DNA of 64,000 bases from Pseudomonadota bacterium (GTDB lineage: Bacteria; Desulfobacterota; Desulfobacteria; Desulfobacterales; RPRI01): assembly GCA_043825875.1 (NCBI GenBank), contig JBDRRF010000067.1, forward strand, positions 1-64,000, read 5' to 3'. Both the position numbers and the translations under genes were made by a program. A model generated the notes under the pieces. That model saw nothing but the letters and a program-made list of their open reading frames with translations. It was not told the origin of the DNA and ran no database searches. Positions 39,740 to 50,429 of this stretch are shown in pieces (position 1 is the stretch's first letter; each line of letters opens with the position of its first letter).

Positions 39740-42700
39740 TTTTTATACAACCACACCCGCATAAGAGAGAGTAATTTCTCAATTTCAAACGGCTTTGCCA
39801 GATAATCACTTGCTCCGGCTTCTATGCACTTATTCCTTTCGCCGGTCATAGCTTTAGCCGTAAGCGCAATAATCGGCAAAGATTTAAACCTGTCTTGCTT
39901 TCTAATCTCCCCCATTGCTTCATATCCGTCCATTTCGGGCATCATTATATCCATCAAAACAAGATCGATTTCAGGATTATCACTTAAGCGATCCAGTCCT
40001 TCCCTGCCATTCTTTCCCACAATTATTTCCATCCCTTTTTCCTCAAGAATATTTGATACTGCAAAAACATTTCGCATATCATCATCTACAATAAGGACTT
40101 TTTTGTTTTTAAACACTGATTCCTTATCATGAACCATGCGGATCATCTTTTGTTTTTGTTCCGGAAGATCCTTCTCCACCCTATGCAAAAACAGGGTTGT
40201 TTCATTAAGAAGTCTTTCATAGGATTTCTCGCCTTTTATAATAATTGCTCCGGCCTGCCTTTGCAAAGCAACCTCATCTTCACGTGAGAATTCTTTGCTG
40301 GTATAGATAATAACCGGAACATCCTTTATGCTTTTATCGCTTTTAATCTTTTCCATAAGGTCCGGTCCGGACAAATCCTTTAAATCAAGATCAAGTATGA
40401 CACAATCGAATGCTCCTGTCCTTAATAATTCATAAGCTTTATCTCCGGCTTCGGCAATTTCTATACGGACATCTTTCCCATCAAGCAACTCTACGATATT
40501 CTTTCGTTCCATGTCATTATCTTCTACAATAAGAAGATGCCCAACCTTTTTTGTAATAATGTTTTCTATCTTTAAAAAAGCCGAATCAATATCCTCTATA
40601 GACACAGGCTTGACAAGAAATCCTATTGCCCCCATTTTTTTTGCAATATGGCTTTTATCATCAGAAGCAGAGATGAAATGAACGGGTATATGCCGGGTTA
40701 CAGCGTTTTCTTTTAATCTTTCCATTAGGCTTAAACCGTCCATCCCCGGTAAACCGATGTCTAAGATAATAGCTTTCGGTTTATAATAATCCGCAAAATG
40801 CAGTCCTGTTTCACCGGAACCGGCAATTAATCCTTTGAAGCCTCTTTCACGTGCAAGGTCCAGCAAAACTTCTGCAAATTTTGAATCATCTTCGATAATT
40901 AATATTGCTTTATCTTCTGCTGTAATCGTTTTTCTATCATCCTTTATAGATTCCAGCTCTGTTTGTATGGGTTCGGTTTGTTGATTGCTTCTTCTTTTAT
41001 CTGCCTCAGCAGCCGGGCTTATATCAGGTGACTTTATCGGAAAAGCCGTTACATCCGATTCTTTGGTTTTGTCCTTAGCTTCTTGTTCTTTGGGGGTTTC
41101 CGGAAGATATAGAGTAAACACCGTACCCTTTCCTTCCGTGCTTTCAAGCATAATCTCTCCTCCAAGCAGTGCAGCCATTTTTCTTGAAATAGTGAGCCCC
41201 AGACCTGTGCCTCCGTATTTTCTGGATGTGGTACCGTCTGCCTGTTGAAATGCTTCAAAAATTGATTGTTTTTTATCTTCCGGAATTCCTATGCCTGTAT
41301 CTGAAACGGAGAACGCAATAACTTTTTGATTGTCAAGGCCAATTTGTGAAAGATCAACATCATTACCGGGACGGAAAATATCAAGAGTAACAGCTCCCTG
41401 TTCGGTAAACTTAAAAGAATTGGAAAGAAGATTTTTTGCAATCTGTTCAATCTTTTGCCTATCGGTAATAAAACCGGGCGGAACTCCATCTTCCTGTTTT
41501 ATTGTAAAAGTCAGTCCTTTTTCCTCAGCTATGGCCATAAAATACCGCTTTAAGGTGTCACTTAAATCCGCTATTTCCATATGCTCAAAAACACATTCCA
41601 TCTTTCCGGATTCTACTTTAGCAAGGTCCAATGCCTCATTGATAAGCTTTAAGAGGTCTGCTCCGGCATCATGGATAGTTTGAACAAATTCAATGTTTTT
41701 CTGATCAAGATTCCCCTTCTTGTTTCCGGAAAGCAGTTTTGATAGAATAAGAATACTGTTTAGCGGCGTTCTTAGCTCATGCGACATGTTTGATAGAAAA
41801 TCCGATTTGTATTTACTCGCCACCTCCAGATCCCGTGCCTTTATTTCAACTAGCCTTTTTGCTTCTTCCAGCTCAACATTCTTCTTCCTGACATTTTCTT
41901 TTTGCGTTTCGAGCAACAGTGCGTTCTCTTCAAGATCAACATTCATCTCTTCCAAAGCTTTCTTCTGATCCTTCAATTTTTCTTCAGATTCTGTTAAAGC
42001 CAGTGCCTGTTCCTCAAGTTCCTGATTTACCAGTCGGAGCTCCTCCTGCTGGACCTTCAGTTCGGAAGACTGTGCCTGGGTTTCTTCCAGAAGTTTATGG
42101 GTACGGATATAAGCTTCGCAGGCGTAAATGGAAATCGCAACCCCATTACCTGCCTGATCAAGAAAATCCTTTTGCATGTCGGTAAATTCCTGAAAGGAGC
42201 CAATCTCTATTACCCCTTTAAGTTCATCTTCATAGAAAAAGGGTACAACCAGGATGTTGCGGGGAGCGGATTCACCCAGGCCTGAATTGATTTTTATATA
42301 ATCATCAGGCACATTATTTATGGTAATGCTTTTCTTTTCTATCGCAGCTTGTCCGACCAGACCTTCGCCGAATTTGAACTGATCAGGTATTTCCTTCCTT
42401 TTTTTATAGGCATAACCGCTTACCATACGAAGTATATTTTTGCCCTCAACCAGATAGAGCGCACCGATCTTTGCATCCAGACGGACACAAAGATAATCGA
42501 TAATTTTTCGGGCTAATACTGCTATATCCTGTTCGCCGCGTATCCGTTCGCCTAATTCAGCCTTGCCATTTTTTAACCAGTTTCGCTCCTGTTCCTTATG
42601 CTTATTATCTTTTAATGCTCGCGTCATGTTATTAAAAGCAAGCGTCAGAATCCCTATTTCGTCACGTGATTTTGAAGCAATCTCTTCCTGAGTAAAATCA

Positions 42701-43485
42701 CCGGCAGCAATTTTTTTAGCGCTTTTGGTTAACTCCATAAGAGGAGTTGTTATGGAACGCACTATTTTAATTCCGATAAAAGTATTTATAGCAACTAATA
42801 TTCCGGCCAATATAAAAAAGATCCATAAAGAAGCCGAAACCATCCATGATGAATAAGCACTTATATTGGAAGTGTATGCAGCAAAAAGCTCTTTATTTTT
42901 TTTGTCAAGATTAAATATTTGCACTAACTGCCAATTTTTTCTCATATTGAATTCATCTGTTTTATGATATTGTTCCGCTAATATGAGAATCTGTTGCATA
43001 TTCTTCAAAGATTCTGATGAAGTATTAGCGATTTTTTTTCTCAGTTGAGTTTGAGGAACAAGAATCGCCACTATCCCAGTAGCTTTGGCACTGTTGTAGT
43101 TTAGTGTCTCAAAGCTTTCAGAAACTCTTCCGGCAATATCGTCTAAAGATGTTGTTTTTGTTATTTTCACTAAATCCGTGAGAGCCTTTGTAGCGGCTAT
43201 AGAGCTATTAAGATGCTTTGCAAAGTCATTGTATGTTAAAACTGCCGTTTCATCCACCTGATCAGAAGGGTCATCTCTTTGTTTCAGTAAATATTCCCGA
43301 AACAACGAGATTGCATCAGAATATTGAATTTCAGTTTTGTGTTCGGCGCTCATTACAGTTCCTACCATATTAATCACGACCATTAAAAAAGCTGAAACAA
43401 CAAAGAGCAATACAAACGCTGCAATAGTAGAGGTGATAAACGCATAAATTTTTTTGCCGATGGAATCCTTTATAGAAAGTTTCAT
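39736..43485 (-). CDS. Hybrid sensor kinase TM-HAMP-GAF-coiled coil-HisKA-HATPase-3xREC
   Basis: SRDEIG HAMP, GEGLVGQ GAF, MSHELRTPLN, GGTGLGL, three receiver domains. Confidence 0.95.
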   Translation of the reverse strand: MKLSIKDSIGKKIYAFITSTIAAFVLLFVVSAFLMVVINMVGTVMSAEHKTEIQYSDAISLFREYLLKQRDDPSDQVDETAVLTYNDFAKHLNSSIAATKALTDLVKITKTTSLDDIAGRVSESFETLNYNSAKATGIVAILVPQTQLRKKIANTSSESLKNMQQILILAEQYHKTDEFNMRKNWQLVQIFNLDKKNKELFAAYTSNISAYSSWMVSASLWIFFILAGILVAINTFIGIKIVRSITTPLMELTKSAKKIAAGDFTQEEIASKSRDEIGILTLAFNNMTRALKDNKHKEQERNWLKNGKAELGERIRGEQDIAVLARKIIDYLCVRLDAKIGALYLVEGKNILRMVSGYAYKKRKEIPDQFKFGEGLVGQAAIEKKSITINNVPDDYIKINSGLGESAPRNILVVPFFYEDELKGVIEIGSFQEFTDMQKDFLDQAGNGVAISIYACEAYIRTHKLLEETQAQSSELKVQQEELRLVNQELEEQALALTESEEKLKDQKKALEEMNVDLEENALLLETQKENVRKKNVELEEAKRLVEIKARDLEVASKYKSDFLSNMSHELRTPLNSILILSKLLSGNKKGNLDQKNIEFVQTIHDAGADLLKLINEALDLAKVESGKMECVFEHMEIADLSDTLKRYFMAIAEEKGLTFTIKQEDGVPPGFITDRQKIEQIAKNLLSNSFKFTEQGAVTLDIFRPGNDVDLSQIGLDNQKVIAFSVSDTGIGIPEDKKQSIFEAFQQADGTTSRKYGGTGLGLTISRKMAALLGGEIMLESTEGKGTVFTLYLPETPKEQEAKDKTKESDVTAFPIKSPDISPAAEADKRRSNQQTEPIQTELESIKDDRKTITAEDKAILIIEDDSKFAEVLLDLARERGFKGLIAGSGETGLHFADYYKPKAIILDIGLPGMDGLSLMERLKENAVTRHIPVHFISASDDKSHIAKKMGAIGFLVKPVSIEDIDSAFLKIENIITKKVGHLLIVEDNDMERKNIVELLDGKDVRIEIAEAGDKAYELLRTGAFDCVILDLDLKDLSGPDLMEKIKSDKSIKDVPVIIYTSKEFSREDEVALQRQAGAIIIKGEKSYERLLNETTLFLHRVEKDLPEQKQKMIRMVHDKESVFKNKKVLIVDDDMRNVFAVSNILEEKGMEIIVGKNGREGLDRLSDNPEIDLVLMDIMMPEMDGYEAMGEIRKQDRFKSLPIIALTAKAMTGERNKCIEAGASDYLAKPFEIEKLLSLMRVWLYKN

Positions 43486-45350
43486 AGCTTAAATCTCTCT
43501 TCATTAAAAAGTTTAAGACAGGCATCAACAGCAGCCGGATCATAAAGGATGCCCTTATTCCTGGAAATTTCATCCAGAGCTTTTTCGATTCCATGAGCAG
43601 GGCGGTAAGGACGGTGTGAAGCTATGGCCTCCACCACATCAGCTACGGCAAGTATTCGTGACTCAAGAAGAATGTTCTCCTCTTTAAGGCCCTGAGGATA
43701 TCCTGAACCGTTTATTCTCTCGTGATGTTGAAGAACGATTTGAGCCACAGGATATGGGAAATCTATAGTTTCAAGAATTTTATAACCGGCTGTGGCATGC
43801 ATTTTTACAAGTTCAAATTCTATATTGTTCAGTTGTGATGGTTTGGTAAGAATCTCCGATGGAACATTCAGTTTGCCGATATCATGTATAATTCCGGCCA
43901 TTCTCAGTCCCTTGATCTGCACTTCGGTTAGTTTCATCTCCTTTGCAATAGCTACAGCCAGGCTTGTTGTCCTTTCCTGGTGGCCGGCTGTATACATATC
44001 CCGGTTTTCCACGATCATAGCCATTGCACGTACGATATCTTCTACGTTTTGTATCAGCCGTTCCTCTGCCTGTTTGCGTTTGCTTATGTCGGAAAAAATA
44101 CCCTCATAGTATAGCAAAACACCGCTTTCATCTCTTACGGCACGCGCATTCTCTGATACCCAGGCTTTGGTTTTATCTTTGCGGTAGACAGGATATTCAA
44201 AATCCCTGACTTCACCATGGCTTTCCATAATACGGCTAAACTCGGCATAATCATCAGGGTTAATATATACCTGATGGCAAATATCCGTAATATTTGTCAT
44301 CAGATCCTGGGGAGAATCGTAACCAAACACACGGGCAAGGGCCGGATTGGCAGAAATTATTTTCCCATCCGGCAAACGCTGATAGATTCCATCAAGCATG
44401 TTTTCAAAAATCGAACGGTATTTTTTCTCACCTTCACGTATCTGTAAATAAAGTTGCGTTCTTTCCAGAATCGGGGAAATAATGCTGACAAGAATACCAA
44501 GCACATTCAACTGCCCCATCGTGAAATGGCGGTGGTTTTTTGTAATATTTACATTCAGCACGCCGACTAGTTTGCCGCTTGACATCATTGGCATGGAAAC
44601 AGACGTTTGAATGTCGCTGCGCTGCATGAAGGGCGTAACACGCGGGTCATTAACTTCTCCCCGCAACACCATGGGCTCAAGGTTGCGTGCCACCCATCCG
44701 GCAACCCCTTGCTCCAAAGGTATTCGCACCCCGATTTTTTCTGTACTCCCATTGCCGCGTACTATAGCAACATAAAGCGCTTTACCGTCTGCTGTGGGCA
44801 GCATGATGGAAACTTCATCTGCCTCACACTGTAAAAGAGCAGCATCGGCTACTCTATTCATAATTGAATCCAGATCGGAAGAAAAAGCTATAGCTTTTCC
44901 CAATTCATGAATAGCAACTGTTTCACGCAATTGCATGTTTTCTGTTCGCAGACTACGCATCTGCATGGCACGGGAAAGTATAGGCAGAAGATTCTTCAGC
45001 CTGAAGGGTTTCTGAATGTAGTCGAAAGCTCCAGTCTTCATTGCTTCAACAGCAGTTTGTATAGTTCCATATCCTGTCATCACAATGCAGACAAGATTAG
45101 GATCAATTTCAAGTCCTGCACGCAGAAAATCTATTCCATTTATGCCCGGCATCATCAAATCGGTTATGAGCAGATCGAATTCCTGTTTTTTAAGAGATTC
45201 TAAAGCTTCTGCTCCTTTGCAAAAACCCGCTGCTTCATAACCCTCTTCTACTAGCAATTTACAAAGAGGTTCCATCATTCCGATTTCGTCATCCAAGACC
45301 AAAACACGCCCTGCTTTACCATTTGATTTCTCAGTTGTCATATTTTCCAT
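43482..45350 (-). CDS. REC-GAF-PAS-HD-GYP phosphodiesterase
   Basis: RD.YTAGH, HDIGK, HHERINGSGYPQGL, ADVVEA. Confidence 0.93.
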   Translation of the reverse strand: MENMTTEKSNGKAGRVLVLDDEIGMMEPLCKLLVEEGYEAAGFCKGAEALESLKKQEFDLLITDLMMPGINGIDFLRAGLEIDPNLVCIVMTGYGTIQTAVEAMKTGAFDYIQKPFRLKNLLPILSRAMQMRSLRTENMQLRETVAIHELGKAIAFSSDLDSIMNRVADAALLQCEADEVSIMLPTADGKALYVAIVRGNGSTEKIGVRIPLEQGVAGWVARNLEPMVLRGEVNDPRVTPFMQRSDIQTSVSMPMMSSGKLVGVLNVNITKNHRHFTMGQLNVLGILVSIISPILERTQLYLQIREGEKKYRSIFENMLDGIYQRLPDGKIISANPALARVFGYDSPQDLMTNITDICHQVYINPDDYAEFSRIMESHGEVRDFEYPVYRKDKTKAWVSENARAVRDESGVLLYYEGIFSDISKRKQAEERLIQNVEDIVRAMAMIVENRDMYTAGHQERTTSLAVAIAKEMKLTEVQIKGLRMAGIIHDIGKLNVPSEILTKPSQLNNIEFELVKMHATAGYKILETIDFPYPVAQIVLQHHERINGSGYPQGLKEENILLESRILAVADVVEAIASHRPYRPAHGIEKALDEISRNKGILYDPAAVDACLKLFNEERFKL

Positions 45351-45374
45351 CGGCCAACCTCTTAAACAAAAAAA

Positions 45375-46751
45375 TTAAAACTCAAATCCCTTTTCATTAA
45401 AAGTCCTAAGACAGGCATCCACAACTGCCGGATCATAAAGAATGCCTTTTTTCTCCGAGATTTCCTCAAGAGCTTTGCCAACTCCCAAAGCCGGGCGGTA
45501 AGGGCGGTGGGATGCCATGGCTTCTACAACATCGGCAACACTCAATATGCGTGTTTCTAAAAGAATATCATCGCCTTTAAGGGCATTTGGGTAGCCTGAA
45601 CCATCCAACCTTTCGTGATGTTGTAAAACAATTTGTGCAACCGGCCAGGGTAATTCTATATCTTTTAAGATATTATAACCGGCTTCCGGATGAGTCCTTA
45701 TAAGCTGGTATTCAAGTTCACTTAATTTCGAAGGTTTGCTCAAAATATCGGCAGGAACCGACAACTTGCCTATGTCATGTATTGACCCTACCATGCCGAT
45801 TCCCTCTATCTGCTGCGTTGGTAAATTCATTTCTGAGGCAATTGCCTCCGCAAGTTTGGCCACACGCCTCTGATGGCCGGATGTGTATGGGTCGCGGGTT
45901 TCTATCGTTAATGCCATGGTTTGAATAATGCCTTTGGTGGCTTTTTGCAGCCTTTCCAGGCTTTCTTTTAGGCTTTCTTTAAATTTTTTGTCTTCATCTA
46001 TATTGATAATCAGACCGCGTAAGCCGACAATTTTATTATCTCTGATTATCGAGCGGCTTGAAGAACTTATCCAAATTGTTTCCCCTGTTTTTTTAACAAT
46101 CCGGTATTCACTTGGTTCAAGACGGTTTGACAGCCTTTTTTCAAACTGCTTCTTAATATAGGGGAGATCATCCGGACAGATAAGCATAAATAATGAACGG
46201 CCGGTTATTTCTTCCTGACTATATCCTGTCAATGGCAGTATAGAGGGAGTGATATAGGTAACAATCCCTTTGGTATCTACCGTATAAATTATATTGCTGA
46301 TGTTTTCGACAAGCTCCCGGTATTTTTCCTCCGACTCTTTCAATGCGTTTTCACTTTGCGTTCGCTGTATTTTTAACTCCGATTCCTTCAAAGCCCTTTT
46401 AACTGCCTGTCCAAGCCGGAAAAGTCTTCCTTTAATAACATAATCAGTTGCACCGCTTTTTAACGATTCAACGGCAATTTCCTCGCCTATCGTACCGGAA
46501 ACAAAAATGAACGGCACATCAGGGCATCTTTTCAGAGCAATCTTCAGCGCGGACAGTCCGTCAAATGCAGGGAGTGTGAAATCTGCAAGAATCAGGTCCA
46601 CGTTGTGGTTTTCTATTGTAAAAAGAAAGTCTTTTTCATTATCCACACGAATAAATTCATACTCAATTCCTGCAGCAGAAAGGGTTTCCTTTATCAGCTC
46701 AGCATCAAGCAAATTGTCTTCAAGATTTAGAATATGTAAATTTTGTTTCAT
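45375..46751 (-). CDS. REC-PAS-HD-GYP phosphodiesterase
   Basis: RDPYTSGH, HDIGK, HHERLDGSGYP. Confidence 0.93.
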   Translation of the reverse strand: MKQNLHILNLEDNLLDAELIKETLSAAGIEYEFIRVDNEKDFLFTIENHNVDLILADFTLPAFDGLSALKIALKRCPDVPFIFVSGTIGEEIAVESLKSGATDYVIKGRLFRLGQAVKRALKESELKIQRTQSENALKESEEKYRELVENISNIIYTVDTKGIVTYITPSILPLTGYSQEEITGRSLFMLICPDDLPYIKKQFEKRLSNRLEPSEYRIVKKTGETIWISSSSRSIIRDNKIVGLRGLIINIDEDKKFKESLKESLERLQKATKGIIQTMALTIETRDPYTSGHQRRVAKLAEAIASEMNLPTQQIEGIGMVGSIHDIGKLSVPADILSKPSKLSELEYQLIRTHPEAGYNILKDIELPWPVAQIVLQHHERLDGSGYPNALKGDDILLETRILSVADVVEAMASHRPYRPALGVGKALEEISEKKGILYDPAVVDACLRTFNEKGFEF

Positions 46752-46763
46752 AATAGTCAGTTG

Positions 46764-47207
46764 TTACAAATCCGGAGGAGATTCATTTATTATTGCCCAG
46801 AATAATCCAAGCATCTTGACTGCTCTAACAAATTCATTGAAATCTATAGGTTTTACAACATAGGCATTTACTCCCAGCTTATAGCTTGCAATCAGATCTT
46901 TTTCCTCATTTGATGATGTAAAAATAACCACAGGTATTAATCTGAGCTTCTCATCATTTCTGATTATTTTAAGCACTTCAAGCCCGTTTATTTTTGGGAG
47001 CTTAATATCTAAAAAAATGACCACTGGATTAACTGCAGAACGTGATGAATATTTCCCCCTGCATTGCAGATATTCAATAGCTTCTTCCCCGTCACGGACC
47101 ACATCGACCGGGTTTGCGATATTGTTTTCAGCAAGAGCTTCCATGGCCAGTTCCACATCATTAATATTATCTTCCACCAGTAGAATTCTTTTTAAAGCGA
47201 TAGGCAT
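46764..47207 (-). CDS. Single-domain response regulator (Rcp1-like)
   Basis: LLVEDN..D, LDIKLPK, TSS, NAYVVKP, FW...N..P. Confidence 0.93.
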   Translation of the reverse strand: MPIALKRILLVEDNINDVELAMEALAENNIANPVDVVRDGEEAIEYLQCRGKYSSRSAVNPVVIFLDIKLPKINGLEVLKIIRNDEKLRLIPVVIFTSSNEEKDLIASYKLGVNAYVVKPIDFNEFVRAVKMLGLFWAIINESPPDL

Positions 47208-47284
47208 AGATTCTCCGTATTAGTTGCCAAAATAATTATCCGATTCCCGTAATAATTGTTTGGTTAAGCATCAATCTTACTTTT

Positions 47285-50200
47285 TCACACCGATCCCTGT
47301 TGCCCCGGCAAACTAAAATAAAACGTAGCCCCCTTATCCACGGCTCCTTTGGCCCAGGTTTTCCCTCCATGCCGGTGTATTATCCTGCGAACATTAGCAA
47401 GCCCTATGCCTGTGCCTTCAAATTCCTCATCCCGGTGCAGACGCTGAAAAACGCCGAAAAGTTTATCTACATATTTCATATCAAAACCAGCACCATTATC
47501 TTTAACATAAATACATATTTCATCTTTAATATCGGGCATACTTCCGATTTCTATAATAGCCATGTTTCTTTCCTTTGTAAATTTTAAAGCATTCGATATA
47601 AGATTTGCAAAAACCAGCTTTAACATGGCAGGATCTCCGGTAACATCGGGGAGGTTGCTGATTTTCCATTCGATATTTCTTGCTTTCGTTTCAATTTTAA
47701 AATCATTTATCACTTCGCTGACAAGGTTGCCGATATTTACATTCTTTTTCATCATTTCAGTGCGTCCCATGCGTGAAAAAGAAAGAAGGTCATCAATAAG
47801 CGCTCCCATTCTGGCTGCCGAATCCTTGATAATTTCCAGATAGTGCCTGCTTTTTTCATCAAGCGATTGATTTATGCGTTTATCAAGCAGTTGCGCAAAG
47901 CCTGTTATATGTTGAAGTGGTGATCTTAAATCATGAGAAACAGAATAGCTGAAGGACTCAAGCTCTCTGATCATTTCTTCAAGCCTGGCTGTTCGCTCCT
48001 GTACTCGTTTTTCCAGCTCGGCGTTTAATTTCTGGATTTGTTTCTGAGCCTCTTTCTGATCCTCCACAATACTTAACAGTACATAACGCGATTCTTCGGC
48101 ATCCTTAAGCAGTTTCTGTATTTCTTCATTTGCAGCAAGCATCTTCTCTTCCGCCTGCTTTTGCTTGGTTATATCCATTATATTGCCGAATACACGGGCT
48201 ATCTTGCCTTCTTTGCGTTCGGCCTGTCCGGTCGTCCAGACCCATAGCAATGTTCCGTCCGCCTTGGTGGAGCGTATGATAAGATCATAGGGTTCGCCAT
48301 TTTCAAGAGCCCGCCGGAATGCTTCGTTAATTTTTCCCCGGTCTTCAGGAAAATAAAACTTTGTTTCAAAGTCAGGGTTGTTAGGATCGTATTCTTTTGA
48401 TACGCCGTGAATATTATAAACTTCATCACTCCATAACATCCTTTTGCTTTCTACATCATATTCCCAGCCTCCAACATGGCTTATTTTCTGGGTTTCTTTA
48501 AGAAGACTTTCACTTTTTTTGAGGTTTTCCTCCGCTTGTTTTTGTGAAGTGATATCTCCATGTATCCCAAGCATTTCTATCGGGTGGCCCTCATTGTCCC
48601 ATTCAACAATCTTTCCTACAGAAAGAATCCATACCCATTCCCCTGATTTTGACTGCAATCTGAATTCTGCTCTGAAAATTGGAAGTTTTCCCTGAATGCA
48701 TGCTTCATATATTTTCATGACGTTTTGACAGTCGTCAGGGTGTACCTTTTTGAAAAATTCATCTATTGTTTCCAATATATCAACTGAACCCAGACCCGTC
48801 ATGACAGAGTATTCAGGATCGGTATTTGCCTTGCCGGTTATTAAGTTCAAATTATAAATGCCAAACTTAGCAGTCCTTAATGCCAGTTGCAGCCTATCTT
48901 TACTCTCGCGTAAGGTTTTTTCCGCAGCTTTTCGTTCAGAAATATCGGTAATAAAGGCATAGTAGTAGTCCGGCAGGCCTTTTTCATCTCTTACAAGGTG
49001 AACTAACAATTCAACCGGAACACGGGAGCCGTCTTTACGAATATATTCTTTTTTATAACGTATTGGATTTCCTGTGATGTATAATTCTTTAAGAGCTAAC
49101 CGTTCGGATTCAATCCATTCCGTATGTGTGAAATAGTTCGGTTGTTTAATATTTTCAATCTCTTCCCTGCTGTAACCAAGAAGTCTTGCAAAAGCATTGT
49201 TGAATAAGCCGATACGACCGTTGGGATAGCCTACAGCAAAGGGTTGTGATGATTTTTCAAGAAGATTTGCAAAAAAAGCGGTTTTTTGCCGGCTTTCATT
49301 AAGAGCTTCCGCTATGATGCGGCGTTCCTGTTCAGCTGTAAGCTGCTGTTTAAGACTACGGTTGTTTTGCTGTTTTAATATAAAACCTACACCTGTAAAA
49401 AAGAATAGAAGCAGAGTAAGTAATATTGCTCCGCTTTGCCAAGCCTGTTGGCGTGCAGCTGTATAAATTTCCTCCCGGTCTATTTTTGCCACCATAAACC
49501 AGTCTGTCCCTGGAATGTTTCGAATATCGGCAAGTACCGGCACATCGCGATAGTCAATTCCTTCTATAATTCCTTTTTGCCCAGATACGGCCATAGCAGC
49601 AGGAAGGCTCATCTTCGAATCAAAAGGTATTCGCAATTTAAGCGCTGTGTTTTTACGGTGGCGCAGTTCATTTAAAAACAATATATTATTGCCTTCGCGT
49701 CGTACAAGAAGAGTTTCAGCACTATATCTGGCAGATGGCCATGTTTGAATTAAGGGATACAATAACTTATAGGGATCGATCTGTATCATCCAGGCGCCTT
49801 TTGCCCTGCCATCTTCGCCCTGTTTGATTCCTACCGGGATATATATGCTAAGATGAATATATTTCCAGGCATGGTCATCCCTGTGAAGATCTATGGGTAA
49901 AACAGTATCGGATAAAATAGCAGCCTGAAAATATTTGTTGTGCGAAATATCAAAAGCCGGCAAAGCTTTCGGAACAGATAAAAGCGGCATTCCCTTTGAA
50001 TCGAAAAGAATCATCTGCTTGTATTCATGATTTTTCTGCCGGTTTTCCATCCATTCAAGCAATTCCTGCTGAAGAACAACATTTTTTGAACCAGACAGTA
50101 ACTCTATGGTTTTTTCCTGAACTATTTGATTGTTTGAAATAACCTTGGCATCTCTTAAATGATATTTATACCAGCTTTCAATCTGGCTGACTTTAAGATC

Positions 50201-50392
50201 TGCTACCGCAGAAATTTCTATTTGTGCCGCCTCTCTTGCTTCTGAAAACTGGCGTTTTATATCGAAATAACCCAGAATTGCTAAAGCAATAACCAGAAAT
50301 ATAAAGATTGCCGCAATTTCTGTCACAGACCAGCGGGGCGGTGAAAATTTTTGCTGTGCGGTAGTATTTTCTAAGGGTGTTTTCAGGTTCAT
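47285..50392 (-). CDS. Membrane sensor histidine kinase (Cache-like periplasmic domain, three PAS domains, bacteriophytochrome-type kinase core)
   Basis: Two TM segments; FSYSVSHDLRSPL, NLISNALKF, DNGAGFD, FQRLH, GTGIGLA; ATG at 50392 preferred over TTG at 50449. Confidence 0.92.
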   Translation of the reverse strand: MNLKTPLENTTAQQKFSPPRWSVTEIAAIFIFLVIALAILGYFDIKRQFSEAREAAQIEISAVADLKVSQIESWYKYHLRDAKVISNNQIVQEKTIELLSGSKNVVLQQELLEWMENRQKNHEYKQMILFDSKGMPLLSVPKALPAFDISHNKYFQAAILSDTVLPIDLHRDDHAWKYIHLSIYIPVGIKQGEDGRAKGAWMIQIDPYKLLYPLIQTWPSARYSAETLLVRREGNNILFLNELRHRKNTALKLRIPFDSKMSLPAAMAVSGQKGIIEGIDYRDVPVLADIRNIPGTDWFMVAKIDREEIYTAARQQAWQSGAILLTLLLFFFTGVGFILKQQNNRSLKQQLTAEQERRIIAEALNESRQKTAFFANLLEKSSQPFAVGYPNGRIGLFNNAFARLLGYSREEIENIKQPNYFTHTEWIESERLALKELYITGNPIRYKKEYIRKDGSRVPVELLVHLVRDEKGLPDYYYAFITDISERKAAEKTLRESKDRLQLALRTAKFGIYNLNLITGKANTDPEYSVMTGLGSVDILETIDEFFKKVHPDDCQNVMKIYEACIQGKLPIFRAEFRLQSKSGEWVWILSVGKIVEWDNEGHPIEMLGIHGDITSQKQAEENLKKSESLLKETQKISHVGGWEYDVESKRMLWSDEVYNIHGVSKEYDPNNPDFETKFYFPEDRGKINEAFRRALENGEPYDLIIRSTKADGTLLWVWTTGQAERKEGKIARVFGNIMDITKQKQAEEKMLAANEEIQKLLKDAEESRYVLLSIVEDQKEAQKQIQKLNAELEKRVQERTARLEEMIRELESFSYSVSHDLRSPLQHITGFAQLLDKRINQSLDEKSRHYLEIIKDSAARMGALIDDLLSFSRMGRTEMMKKNVNIGNLVSEVINDFKIETKARNIEWKISNLPDVTGDPAMLKLVFANLISNALKFTKERNMAIIEIGSMPDIKDEICIYVKDNGAGFDMKYVDKLFGVFQRLHRDEEFEGTGIGLANVRRIIHRHGGKTWAKGAVDKGATFYFSLPGQQGSV

Positions 50393-50394
50393 GG

Positions 50395-50429
50395 TATCAG
50401 TTATCAGTTGACGGTTGGCAATTATCAGG
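50395..50429. repeat. Degenerate heptamer array at a gene junction
   Basis: TATCAGT TATCAGT TGACGGT TGGCAAT TATCAGG. Confidence 0.55.
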
